DNA of 22,356 nucleotides from Rhizaria sp. SCN 62-66 (taxonomy: Eukaryota): contig MEDY01000069.1 in NCBI GenBank assembly GCA_001724265.1, forward strand, positions 124,001 through 146,356, given 5' to 3'. Position numbers and translations under genes: made by a program. Positions 1 through 10,744 of this stretch are shown piece by piece. The notes beneath the pieces were generated by a model that ran no database searches, had not been told where the DNA came from, and saw nothing but the letters and a program-made list of their open reading frames with translations. Position 1 is the first letter of the stretch. Each line of letters begins with the position of its first letter.

Positions 1-1240
1 TGAGTGAAAAATGGGAGGAAATAAAGTGTAGAAATGAAACGAGTGTGTCTTGCAAAAATAAAATGTTATATCTCGTCATAACGGTACCGGGGGCCACACA
101 ATGACTCAGTTGCGAACGGCCCCACAAGGAGCCGAACTGAGACCGAGACCGCGACCGAAAAGAAGGCCGCCTGGAGGGTTCGCAAAAATCAACCCAATCT
201 CGAAAAGCGGAAAATCATGCATATCTAAGTCATCATATCGCTATTCTAGTTTTGTTTTCCGGGATAGCGTATTAAACATCTGAGCAAGTTAGGACTCTTG
301 GTTTTTTCATGTGGTAGGCTGCATATGTCATATCCATCTTTGGTGTTCGTCAGGAACGGTTTCGATGCTTACTTGACTTTAGAGCCTCTGTGAGGAGTGT
401 GTAATCAAGCCGAATGGCGTAATTCTTACGGCATCGCCTGTATCAGTGAGTGTTCTCTTGTCAGACGCGGCATCGAATGCTCAGGTGAAGGTTGTGCGCT
501 GCTGTGCTTCTTGGCGCTCAAGGTGGTTGCTCAGTTCACAAGATGCGCCAATCTTCATGTGACCAACCCGAATATCAATTTAAAAAAACTTAGATGGCGC
601 ATGTTTATACAGAATCACGTCGACTTGACATCGGCAAACTTGATGTTTGGCTTGAACATGGCACGATCATCTCTGATGCAGCGTGTGACGTCGTTTCCCA
701 GTCTCAAACGTGATTGTGGTGGCTGCAAGAAATCATGACATTTGTCAAGCATAATAGGATTTAACCGCATTCAACCAAACGTGTAGTATGTATTCAAGTG
801 ACATCAGTAATAAAACGTTTGATATTTATATTCATGCCTTGTTCCTAGCTGACTATGCAAGATAATATAGTCTCCACCACAAACGCGTTTTTAAGTGGTG
901 ACGTTCTCAGTCGACGCGACCCTTTTGGCACAGCGAAGGGTGAGGTTTGAACAGAACTTTTAATTTCAAGAAAACACAGTATCTAATCGCTTAATACGCA
1001 TTAAACTGCTGCAAACAGCTTTTCCAAGTGCGTTTTGGTATAGTTCCTTTTTGTTATTACGATTACAGTGCGATCAATGTTCTCTTCTTGAGCATTTACG
1101 TAGCACCACTTCGCTCACCCTCAGGCGGAAGCTCACCCTCTTTCGCCCAACTCGAACATTCCTTTAGCTCTCGCTTTCTAGCCTTAGTCTTTAGCATCGC
1201 CCTGCCGTTCTTGCTAATCTACCGCTCCCGCATTAAGACA

Positions 1241-2741
1241 ATGCGCTTTGAGCCCGTTTTCTCCGCCTTTGTGGCCGCCTTCGTCGCTGTCACCCTTGCT
1301 GGTGCTGCTGCCCCTGTCTCGGCTGCCTCGCCCGCTGCGCTTGCCGCTCCTGCAAGTCTCGCTGCAAGCGCCGAGCTCGCCACCCAGGCAATGTTCTCCG
1401 ACTTTGTCGGCACACACCGCAAGAGCTACCCGTCGACGCACTTTTTCAAGCGCTACAACACGTACAAGCAAAATCTGGCCATGATCCACGACCACAACGC
1501 CAAGCTTAAGGCCTCCTCCTCAGCCATCGAGGACAACAACAACATGCCCACCGGCATGCTTTCCGGCACCCGCGGCGGTGGCCAGCACCAGCAGCCAAAG
1601 AAAAGCTCGTTCACTCTGCGGATGAACGAGTTCGGCGACCTCACCCCCGAGGAGTTCAAGCAGCGCATGGGCCTGCGCCCCAACCCGCACCGCCTCGCGC
1701 GCGCGCGCGCCGCCGCGGCCGCAAGCCCGCACGGCAACAGCAACAGCGCCAGCGTGCGTCTGTCGTCGTCGCTGTTTGCGGGCGGGCTTGGTCGCCGCGT
1801 GGCCGAGTCGGTCCTCGCTGCCGACGACCTGAGCAAGAGCAAGGACTGGCGCGCCGAGGGCAAAGTCGGGCCGGTCAAGAACCAGGGTCAGTGCGGTTCA
1901 TGGTACGTTACAGCAATATCACTGGCTAACACTCAGATCACCTGAAATATCTTGCATCTTATTTAAAATATTGTGTATTCAAGTGATATCTTTCAATATT
2001 GACGCGAACACTTTGTGACAGCCATGATGCTAACTCTTGTGTGAGTTACACTCCGCCTTGCTTCTTGTGTCCACTTCACTTTATAGCTGGGCGTTCTCTG
2101 CGCTCGCGAGCCTCGAGACGGCCTGGGCGATTAAGACGGCCGCCGAACCCGTGTCCTTGTCTGAGCAGCAGCTCGTCTCGTGCGCGCACACCACGGGCAA
2201 CCACGGCTGCCAGGGCGGACTCATGGAAAGTGCGTTCACATACCTCGTCAACAACGGCGGCGCCTGCAGCAGCGAGGAGTATCCGTACACCTCGGGCCTT
2301 GTCCCGCCCGCCAGTGTCAGTGCCTCCGGCTCTACTGGCTCTGCTACGACTGTGGGCGACGGCCCCAGCGAGCGCGACGGCGCATGCCGGCCCTGCACCG
2401 TGGTGGCCAAGCCGCGCGGCTTCACCGCCCTGCCCGAGAACGACGAGGCCGCGCTCATGCGCGCAGTCGACCGCGGCGTTGTCTCGGTCGCAGTCCACGC
2501 GGGCAACCCCAAGTTCCAGTTCGCCGGCGAGGGCGTGTTCGGAGATGAGGACTGTGGCACTGAACTTGACCACGGTATGGCCGTCGTCGGCTACGGCACC
2601 GAGGGCGGCGAGCCCTACTGGCTCGTGCGCCAGTCCTGGGGCGACAAGTGGGGTGACAAGGGCTACATCAAGATGAAGCGCGGCGTCGGCGCCACGGGCA
2701 TCTGCGGCATCGCGATGATGGCCAGCACCGTCGAGGTATAA
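1241..2741 (+). CDS. Papain-family (C1A, cathepsin L-like) cysteine protease preproenzyme, 438 aa; exons 1241-1902 and 2087-2741
   Basis: Hydrophobic signal-like N-terminus (MRFEPVFSAFVAAFVAVTLAGAAA). I29 prodomain with ERFNIN-like RYNTYKQNLAMIHDHN and GNFD-like MNEFGDLTPEEF. Mature domain [24 protein letters not shown], restored by splicing 1903-2086 (TG|C = catalytic Cys), then LSEQQLVSC, GCQGG, LDHGMAVVGYG (His), YWLVRQSWGDKWGDKGY, GICGI. Spliced length 1317 nt is divisible by 3. Confidence 0.95.
1903..2086 (+). other. Spliceosomal intron (184 nt, phase 2) in the protease gene
   Basis: GTACGT...TTATAG, AT-rich, branch-like GCTAAC at 2029-2034. Removal rebuilds CGSCWAFS. Confidence 0.95.
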
Positions 2742-3331
2742 AGTGGAGCGAGTTTGAACACGTAACTTGAACATATCCACAAGATACGACAGCAAATAGC
2801 CGAAGTACCGCGCTTGCATGCGCAACCGCGCGAATCTTCGCCGCCATAACTTAGCTTTCACAGAGTACCTAGATCTAACCCCCTTAACCACGCGCATTTA
2901 CCACACACCCACTTAGTAGTATCAATTAAAACAACAAGCACTCGTACGTTACTTGAGTAACATACCCAGCATGCGACAAGAGCTTGCACCTGCACCTTGA
3001 ATCGCCTTTCATTGATGTCACGGAGAAGCTGTAGTGGAAACACAAACTAGCGTGAAAACACTGTCCATGCAGTGTGTATGGTTGTACTTTCTCTCCATGA
3101 AGAGGAGCGCCGTACACTGCCACAGTCTTACTAGCTCTAGTTGCACAACAGCAGACTTCATCACTGAACATCAACTTTGAACACATACCATTCGTAATAC
3201 ACAAAGCACGACTATTCATGAATCTCAAAATGTATTTAAACCGACTTTAACTTTGTATACAATATAACGCTGGCCTTCATTTCAACGCATGCTGTTTTCC
3301 CTTAACTTAGCACTGAAACGAAACACTTCTC

Positions 3332-6300
3332 TCAGCGGAACAGCGTCTTCTTGAGCGCCGAGATGAGCGTGTCCACCGCCTTGCGCTTCAGCTGTGGCGC
3401 GCCAGGCGGCGCCTCCGAAGCCTCCTTGAACTTCTCGAGGATCTTAGCCGCCTTGGCGGGGTTCACGTTCGGGTACTTGTCAACGCGCACGGCCTCCTCC
3501 GCGAACCCCAGAGTGTCTGCAGTGATGACGAGGTCGAGAAACTGGCGCAGCTCCGCAAACGTCTCCTTGAGTGAGGGCACAGGAAATTGCGCGATGAACC
3601 GTTCCAAGATGACGACGTCGCGTGAGAAGTTGTACATGGCCATCTGCGTGAACTTCGGCGCCTGTTGGATGAAGTGCAGCAATGACGCCGACACGTGGCG
3701 ACACGCAGTGTAGTGCACCGAGTCGCGCACCGCGGGCGCGAGGCGCGGGATGGCGCCAAACCACGCGGACAGCGAGTTTGTGAGAGTCGCCACATACGCC
3801 GAAGGCTGCGTCGAAGGCTTGGTCGCAGTCCACTCGAACGTGAACGTGATGGAAAGGATCTTGTCAATCTGCACGTCGAGCAGCTCGAACAGCAGCGACT
3901 CGCAGCGCCCGCGCGTGTGCGCGAACGCAGCGCGTGCTTGTAGCACGTACGTCGACATGGCCGTCGCCGCGCTGCCGGCGCCGCCCGAGGCGGAGGCAGC
4001 GGCAGCAGCGGCCGCGGCGGCGGCGACCACCACGCTGGCGCTGGAGCGCTGCTTGACGACCTTGCCGTCGGCGGCGGCCGCGGCGGCGGCGGCAGCGGCG
4101 GTGGCGCGGTGGATCTCCCCCTGCGCGAACGCCCCCGCGACGCCGGCCTCGACTGTGAGCAGTGTGTGCACGTAAGCCGTGAAGAAGCCACAGGCGTCGC
4201 CGAGGCAGGATGCGTTGAGGATGAGCCGTTCCATCTTGGTGGTGAGTCCGCGGTCGATGCCGGCGTTGAGCAGCGCGTCAATGCGCAGGAGCGCGGCGTC
4301 CAGCGCGCGCCACACCAGCGGGTGCAGACTCGGAGAGAGCCCGGCGGCATAGGAGCAGAGCCCGCTGGCGACGTCCTTGACCAACCGGTGCAGCGTCACG
4401 ATGCCGATCGAGAACGGCATCGGCTGCGCGAACGGCAGTCCGCCCGCGACAGTCAAACCAGAGCCAGACCCAGCGCCAGCGCCAGCCGTCAGAGCAGTGC
4501 TCGCGCCCGCGCCGGCGCCGCCGGCTTTTGCGCCCGCGGCGGTGTTTGCGGGCGGCGGCGGCGCGAGCGCGTATGCCAACACGCCGCGGATGTACTGCTC
4601 GGCGCTGGTGGCCTGGAAACTTTCGCGCTTGTCCTCGTCGATCGCGGTCGCGCTGTCAGCCGAGAAGCGCAGCACCAGGAGCCGCTCGTAGGTCGCAAAG
4701 TTGATCGTGGCAACGTCGAGCAGCGGCGCGGCGGAGAAGCCGTGCCGCTCGGCCGTGCGGGCAAACACTAGGACGGCGTGCTTGACCGCGAGCGCGTCCG
4801 CGGGCGAGGTGATCTGCGGCAGGACCGTCGCCACAAGACCCTTGAGCTTGCTCAGCGCAGTGTCCCACAGCGTCTCGATCATCGTGCGCGTGAGAATGGG
4901 CGCGCCGTTGACCAGAACGGCGTCCTCGACGACGAAAAAGCCGATGATGTCCGAGAAGTACTGCAGATAGGCAAACATGAACTCCTGCGCGGGCATCTGC
5001 GCCGGGAACGAGCCCAGCTGCAGCGCGTGCGCCTGCCGCCGCTCGCTGTACAGCCGGTAGAACGCGGCCTGCTGGTCGAGCGCGGCGTATGTGTGCAGCG
5101 CACGGTGCAGCTCGGCGTACGACACGCCGGCGCGCTCGAACACACTGAGCTCGGCGCCGTTGCTGTCTGTGCCGGCAGCGCTCGCGCTAGCGCTGGAGCT
5201 GGAGCTGGAACTAAGCAAGGCGGGCGCTGCCGGGTCCCCAGCGGCCGCGGCGGCGGCGGCGGCGGTGAGCGCCTTGCTGCGCTGGACCGCGGGCGCGGTG
5301 GACTCGGCCGTGTCAGCTAACACGGCGAGGCCCTTGAGCGGCGGCGGCGGTGCGAAGAGCTCGTCCTCAACCAGCCGGCCGATGTCGCCAAGTCCGACGT
5401 TGGGGCCCGAGGGCAGCGGTCCCGAGAGCGAGGAGGACAGCGACGCGACGCGGATGCCAGTCAGCCCGGCGAGCTTGTGCGCGCGGAGACGGCGGAGCGT
5501 GAAATCCTCGATGCGCATCTCGCGGTCCATCTTGGCCAGCGCGAGCGCGCCGACAACGCGGGAACGCGACTTGGTGTACGACAGCCAGGCGAGGAACTCG
5601 GCACGCGTCACGTCGGTGATCAGAGTCGTCAGGCGCGGGATCTGGGCTGAGAGCAGGGTGTGGAATTCAAAGTCGCTGAACTGCGGCAGTAAATCCTCCT
5701 GAATACAAAAATCAAAGCACAACAAAAAATTAAACGGATGTTAGAAAATTAAGATAATGGTAAATGTGTTTCAATCCACATCAAAAATAAAATAAAAATA
5801 CAAGCTGTTAAAGTTAGATTCAGTGTGAAACGTACCTGAAGAGTGCGGAGGGCCTTGATAGCGGAGAAGAATTTCTTGCTCCCGATGTGGTCAATGGCCT
5901 TCGAAAGCATGTCAAACACGCGCACGCATGCGGAGATGACGTGGAGCGTGATGCCGATGTTGTGCCGCACGAGCCGGTGATGCAGTGCATCCTCCGCGCT
6001 CTCGACCAAGTCAGCGCCAGTGTCCTGCACAGTCGAGTTGAGCGTGTCCACGACGGACCGCAGCGCAGACAGGTCCTCGCGCACCGTGAGCAGGCTCTCA
6101 ACCGTCGTTAGCACTTCGTCGCAGTGCTCGCCGCTGGTGCGGATGATGTCCTCCTCGCGGAGAGCGACGGAGCGCTCGAGATCGGCCTCGTAGGTGTCCT
6201 TCCAGCCGCGGTCGTAAATGGCCTTGATGGCGGGCGCGAGCTGCGCGTTCTCGGTCAGAGACGTCAACAGCGAGCGCGAGTCGTCCTGCGCGGCAGCGCG

Positions 6301-6444
6301 GCTCGACGCCACGGCGGCCTGTTGACGCGCGGCGCCCTTGGCGGTGGACGACGCCGATGGGGAGCCGAAAGGGGCTGCACCCGAGGCGGGCGCGGGGGAC
6401 GCCCAGCCTGCAGAGGCAGACGCGCCGCCGGCCGAGCGGCTCAT
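3332..6444 (-). CDS. SEC15: Exocyst complex component Sec15/EXOC6-like, 991 aa; exons 6444-5836 and 5698-3332
   Basis: N-terminal LAPAIKAIYD...REEDIIRTSGEH...VESLLTVR coiled-coil region, KKFFSAIKALRTLQ|EDLLPQ across the junction, EFLAWL...SRVVGALA, LHRALHTY...FYRLYSERRQ, YFSDIIGFFVVED, LWDTALSKL, FAQPMPFS, and C-terminal ACRHVS...DVVILERF...FAELRQFLDL...KYPNVNP...ILEK. These match remembered Sec15 blocks in order. Confidence 0.9.
5699..5835 (-). other. Spliceosomal intron (137 nt, phase 0) in SEC15
   Basis: Minus strand reads CAG|GTACGT...TTCTAAC...T-rich tract...TATTCAG|GAG. It joins the two long ORFs in frame. Confidence 0.93.
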
Positions 6445-7057
6445 GTGTCGTAGCAACGGTAAATACCGAGGGTTGCGGTGGAACGGACTGAGAGAGGGTT
6501 GGAAAGCTTCAGTGGTGGGATAAACGGGGGGATCTGGTGAGCAAGTCGTTAAGCTGCACTGTGAGGTCGGCCGAGTTTGTTCAAGGGATATCGACATCAA
6601 GCAGTGTTTGTTATCAAGTGCAAATATAGTATCGTATCTTTTCGTCGTCATGAGTTAATATATTAGAATCCTAGATGAATTGACGTTGAAATTGTTTCAG
6701 AAAATGCTTGAATCTGGTTGGTTTTTGGTGTGTCTGGTGGTGGCATGCACCTCTCTGCGCGTTCGCAAAAAATCGGTGGTCACTGTGCTGTGGGCGGCCG
6801 GGACGGGAAGGGAAAAATGCGGCTGCGCCAAGTGGACATATCTCGATGGGTAATCGTACAATACTTATGCATCAGGCGAAACTGTGTTTATTTGCTTATG
6901 AACTAGTATTGATTAAGATGATATCACGATACGGGTCGGTGACGCCCTGCTTCTAACCTGTTCAGTAACACTCAACCCTGTCATTCTTGGTGCTCACTTC
7001 GCGTTCGCTTTTCCACCTGACACGCTTTTCCGTTGCCGCATTTAGTCGTTGCCCACG
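6445..7057. promoter_or_regulatory. Putative bidirectional promoter region between head-to-head SEC15 and NAT10 (613 bp)
   Basis: Divergent start codons at 6444 (-) and 7058 (+), pyrimidine-rich leaders facing each gene, and a central GC-richer island near 6740-6830. Inferred from geometry only. Confidence 0.6.
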
Positions 7058-10000
7058 ATGGTCAAGAAGAAGATTGACTCTCGTATCCGCACGCTGATCG
7101 AGAACGGCGTCGCCCTGCGCCACCGCTCCCTGTTCGTCGTCGTCGGTGACCGTGGCCGCGACCAGGTTGTCAACCTCCACTACATGCTCTCCAAGGCGCG
7201 CGTCCGCTCCCGTCCTAGCGTGCTCTGGTGCTACAAGACCGAACTCGGTTTTGACAGTGATCGCAAGCGCCGCGCAGAGAAGCTCCGCAAGGCCGTCGCT
7301 CGCGGCACGCGTCAGATCGACGAAGAGAACCCCTTCGAGGTGTTCCTCGGCGGCACGGACATTCGCTACACATACTACAAGGAGACGGACCAGGTGCTCG
7401 GCCAGACCTTCGGCATGTGCGTGCTGCAGGACTTCCAGTCAATTACGCCCAACATCCTCGCCCGCACGATCGAGACGGTCGAGGGCGGTGGCGTGGTCGT
7501 GTTGCTGATCAAGACCATCTCGTCCCTGCGCCAGCTCTACACCATGACCATGGACGTCCACAGCCGCTACCGCACGGAAAACCGCGAGCAGATTGTCGGC
7601 CGCTTCAACGAGCGCTTCATGCTGTCCCTGGCCATGTGCCGCGCGTGCATCGTGGTGGATGACGAGCTCAACGTGCTGCCCATCTCGGCCCACGTGCGCG
7701 ACCTGCAGAAGATCACCGTGGTCAACACCAGCGCCAACAAGAGCGGCAACGGCCTCGGCGACGACAACTTCGAGGACGATCACGTGCTCTCTGAGAAGGA
7801 GCTTGAGCTCAAGGACCTCAAGCACGCGCTGCACGACACGCTGCCCGTGGGCCCGCTCGTTGGCCTCACACGCACTCTGGACCAGGCCAAGGGCCTGCTC
7901 ACCTTCGCCGAGGCCATCGCGGAGAAGTCGCTCAAGGCCACCGTCGCGCTCATCGCCGCGCGCGGCCGCGGCAAGTCCGCTGCGCTCGGTATTTCCCTCG
8001 CCTGTGCCGTCGCGTCGGGCTACTCGAACATTTTCGTCACGGCGCCGACGCCTGAGAACCTCAAGACGCTGTTCGAGATGGCCGTGGCGGGCTTCAAGGC
8101 GCTGGGCTACACCGAGCACGCCGACTTCGAGGTCGTCCAGTCGACGAACCCGAAGCTCAACAACGCCGTGGTGCGCATCAACATCTTCCGCTCGCATCGC
8201 CAGACGATCCAGTACATCAACCCCGAGGACCACCAGCGTCTGTCGCAGGCCGAGCTGCTGGTCATCGACGAGGCCGCCGCGATCCCGCTTCCCATCGTTC
8301 AGCGCCTCATCGGTCCCTACCTCGTTTTTCTCAGCTCCACTGTCAACGGCTACGAAGGCACGGGCCGCGCGCTGTCGCTCAAGCTGCTCAAGCAGCTCCG
8401 CGAGCAGACCGCCGCCGCCGTGTACACGGCCTACAACAGCACCAACAAGCACGTCAAGGACGCCATCGCGGCCGCCAACGCCTCCACCAACGCCACCGCA
8501 GGCTCCTCCGTCTCGAGCAACAACGCCGTCGCGGCCAACCTGCGTGGCCGCACGCTCCGCGAAGTGACTCTGAACGAGCCGATCCGTTACGCCGAGGGCG
8601 ACGTCGTCGAGAAGTGGCTCAACGAGCTCCTGTGTCTCGACTGCGCCAGCCACGTGCCAAAGCTTACGCGCGCCGTCGGCGGCGGCGTGCCGCACCCGTC
8701 ACTGTGCCAGCTGTACTACGTCGACCGCGACACGCTCTTCTCGCACCACAAGGCGTCCGAGGCGTTCCTGCAGCGCATGATGGCGCTCTACGTTTCGTCG
8801 CACTACAAGAACTCGCCCAATGACCTGCAGATCATGTCCGACGCACCGGGCCACCACCTCTTCGTGCTGCTGGGTCCCGTGTCGGAGACGACGTCGCTGC
8901 CCGACCTGCTCTGCGTCGTGCAGGTCTGCCTCGAAGGCGCCATCACGCGCACCAACTACGTCGCGCAGTCGATCAACGGCATCAACCCGGCCGGCGACCT
9001 TATCCCCTGGTGCGTGTCGCAGCAGTTCCAGTCGCCCGAGTTCGCGGGCCTGTCTGGCGCGCGCATCGTGCGCATCGCGGTGCACCCGGAGCTCCAGAAG
9101 ATGGGCTACGGCTCCCGTGCCGTGCAGCTGCTGACCGACTACTACGAGGAGAAGTTCACTTCGCTTAACGAGAACAGCGACAGCGACAATGATGACGAGG
9201 ACGAGGACGACGGCCACGAGAACGGTGGCATCAAGGCCAAGGGCAAGGGCAGCGTCCTCTCCGACGCCCAGCTCGACGCCCAGACCAAGGCCTCTGGCTC
9301 TTCGCTCATGTCCGAGACGCTGGCCCCGCGCAAGCAGCTGCCGCCGCTGCTGTCTGAGCTCTCCGACCGCAAGCCCGAGCCGCTGCACTGGGTGGGCGTG
9401 TCGTTCGGCCTGACGCACGAGCTGCTGCGCTTCTTCCGCCGCCGCGCCTTCGTGCCGCTCTATGTGCGCCCCACGGCCAACGACGTCACGGGCGAGCATA
9501 CGTGCGTCATGGTGCGCGCTCAAGACAGCCGCGCCGCCACGCTGCTCGCCGCCGAGAAGGGCATCGCGCACGGCCCCGCGGCCGCCGCGCTCGCGACAAA
9601 CTCGGCCGTCGCAGCGCTGCGCAAGTCGGCCGGCGCCGACCGCGCGGGCCACGGCGGCGTGGGCGCCAACGCGCCGCTTTGGCTGCAGTCGTATGCGACC
9701 GACTTCCGCAAGCGCTTTACGGGGCTGCTGGGGTACGAGTTCCGCAAGCTACCCGTGCCGCTGGGTGTAGCTGTGCTGCAGGACCCATCGACGCAGGAGC
9801 AGGAGGAGGCCACGCGCCGCATCGCCGCCGGCCCCGCCATCACGGTCGGCGGCGACGGCAACGACGATGATGAGGACGACGACGGCAACGGCGGCGGCAA
9901 GAGCGGTGACGACGACGGCGCGTCGCTGTCTCTGCTCGGCGCGCCGCTGACGATGACCGAGATGAGTCTGCTGATCAGCGACTTCGACGTGCACCGCCTC

Positions 10001-10744
10001 GAGACGTACGCCAAGAACCTCGTCGACCACCACCTCATCCTGGACCTGCTGCCCGCGCTGGCCAAGCTCTACTTCATGGGCCGTGCGCACGTCATGCTCT
10101 CGCAGACACAGGCGTCGATCCTGCTCGGCATCGGGCTGCAGTACAAGCACTTGCCCGAGATCGAGGGCGAGATCGGTGTCGGTTGCACGCAGCTCATGGC
10201 GCTCTTCAACAAGGCGCTGCGCCGCTACGCCGCATACCTGCGACAGATCGGCGAAAGCGCCATCGGCGAGCAGCTCCGCGCCAAGGCCGGCGCGGGCGCC
10301 GCGGCCGCCGTGGCCGCGCTGGGCCGCATGCAGTCAGCCGCAGCGAACAACGCCGACACCTCGTCCACGGGGCTCAAGAAGGAGCTGCTGACTGCGGGCG
10401 CCGAGATGCAGAAGCAGATCAAGACGAAGCAGCACAAGCTGCTCGAGTCGCTGCACCTCGAGTCGTACGCCATCGCCGGCTCCGACGCCGACTGGGAGGC
10501 TAACGCCGCCGCGCTCGCCAAGAGCGCCGTCACGGGCGGCACGGTCGCAATCAAGTCCGACGCGTCCAAGCACGAGCGCCACGCGCAGCTGCGCGCCAGC
10601 GGCACGCCCGCCGAGCGCAAGAAGATCGCGGAGCTGACGCGCGAGGAAGAGAAGAAGCGCGGCAAGCGCGCGGGCTCGCTTGCCCTTGGTGCCGGCGGCA
10701 CCTTCGTGTCTAAGAAGGCGCGCAACAAGGGCAGCGACGCATGA
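7058..10744 (+). CDS. NAT10: RNA cytidine acetyltransferase NAT10/Kre33 (18S rRNA and tRNA ac4C), 1228 aa, intronless
   Basis: Starts MVKKKIDSRIRTLIENGV...HRSLFVVVGD. Contains RPSVLWCYK, LGQTFGMCVLQDF, helicase Walker A AARGRGKSAALG, LLVIDEAAAIPLP, STVNGYEGTGR, SHYKNSPNDLQ, GDLIPW, GNAT acetyl-CoA motif RIAVHPELQKMGYGSRA, TGEHTCVM and a basic C-terminus. Confidence 0.98.
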   Translation: MVKKKIDSRIRTLIENGVALRHRSLFVVVGDRGRDQVVNLHYMLSKARVRSRPSVLWCYKTELGFDSDRKRRAEKLRKAVARGTRQIDEENPFEVFLGGTDIRYTYYKETDQVLGQTFGMCVLQDFQSITPNILARTIETVEGGGVVVLLIKTISSLRQLYTMTMDVHSRYRTENREQIVGRFNERFMLSLAMCRACIVVDDELNVLPISAHVRDLQKITVVNTSANKSGNGLGDDNFEDDHVLSEKELELKDLKHALHDTLPVGPLVGLTRTLDQAKGLLTFAEAIAEKSLKATVALIAARGRGKSAALGISLACAVASGYSNIFVTAPTPENLKTLFEMAVAGFKALGYTEHADFEVVQSTNPKLNNAVVRINIFRSHRQTIQYINPEDHQRLSQAELLVIDEAAAIPLPIVQRLIGPYLVFLSSTVNGYEGTGRALSLKLLKQLREQTAAAVYTAYNSTNKHVKDAIAAANASTNATAGSSVSSNNAVAANLRGRTLREVTLNEPIRYAEGDVVEKWLNELLCLDCASHVPKLTRAVGGGVPHPSLCQLYYVDRDTLFSHHKASEAFLQRMMALYVSSHYKNSPNDLQIMSDAPGHHLFVLLGPVSETTSLPDLLCVVQVCLEGAITRTNYVAQSINGINPAGDLIPWCVSQQFQSPEFAGLSGARIVRIAVHPELQKMGYGSRAVQLLTDYYEEKFTSLNENSDSDNDDEDEDDGHENGGIKAKGKGSVLSDAQLDAQTKASGSSLMSETLAPRKQLPPLLSELSDRKPEPLHWVGVSFGLTHELLRFFRRRAFVPLYVRPTANDVTGEHTCVMVRAQDSRAATLLAAEKGIAHGPAAAALATNSAVAALRKSAGADRAGHGGVGANAPLWLQSYATDFRKRFTGLLGYEFRKLPVPLGVAVLQDPSTQEQEEATRRIAAGPAITVGGDGNDDDEDDDGNGGGKSGDDDGASLSLLGAPLTMTEMSLLISDFDVHRLETYAKNLVDHHLILDLLPALAKLYFMGRAHVMLSQTQASILLGIGLQYKHLPEIEGEIGVGCTQLMALFNKALRRYAAYLRQIGESAIGEQLRAKAGAGAAAAVAALGRMQSAAANNADTSSTGLKKELLTAGAEMQKQIKTKQHKLLESLHLESYAIAGSDADWEANAAALAKSAVTGGTVAIKSDASKHERHAQLRASGTPAERKKIAELTREEEKKRGKRAGSLALGAGGTFVSKKARNKGSDA

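Noticed and set aside
101-738. Short ORFs 101-283 and 397-738
   Set aside because: AT-rich, lacking the GC3 bias of real exons here, with no recognisable motif.
1028-1240. Upstream ORF-track extensions (protease from 1028, SEC15 from 6651, NAT10 from 7049)
   Set aside because: They use non-ATG starts or have leader-like composition. ATGs at 1241, 6444 and 7058 fit the signal peptide, the GC transition or the known N-terminus.
3208-3219. ACGACTATTCAT shared with 21927-21938, both in convergent 3' spacers
   Set aside because: One or more 12-mer matches are expected by chance among several kb of AT-rich non-coding DNA, and I did not see it in the third convergent spacer.
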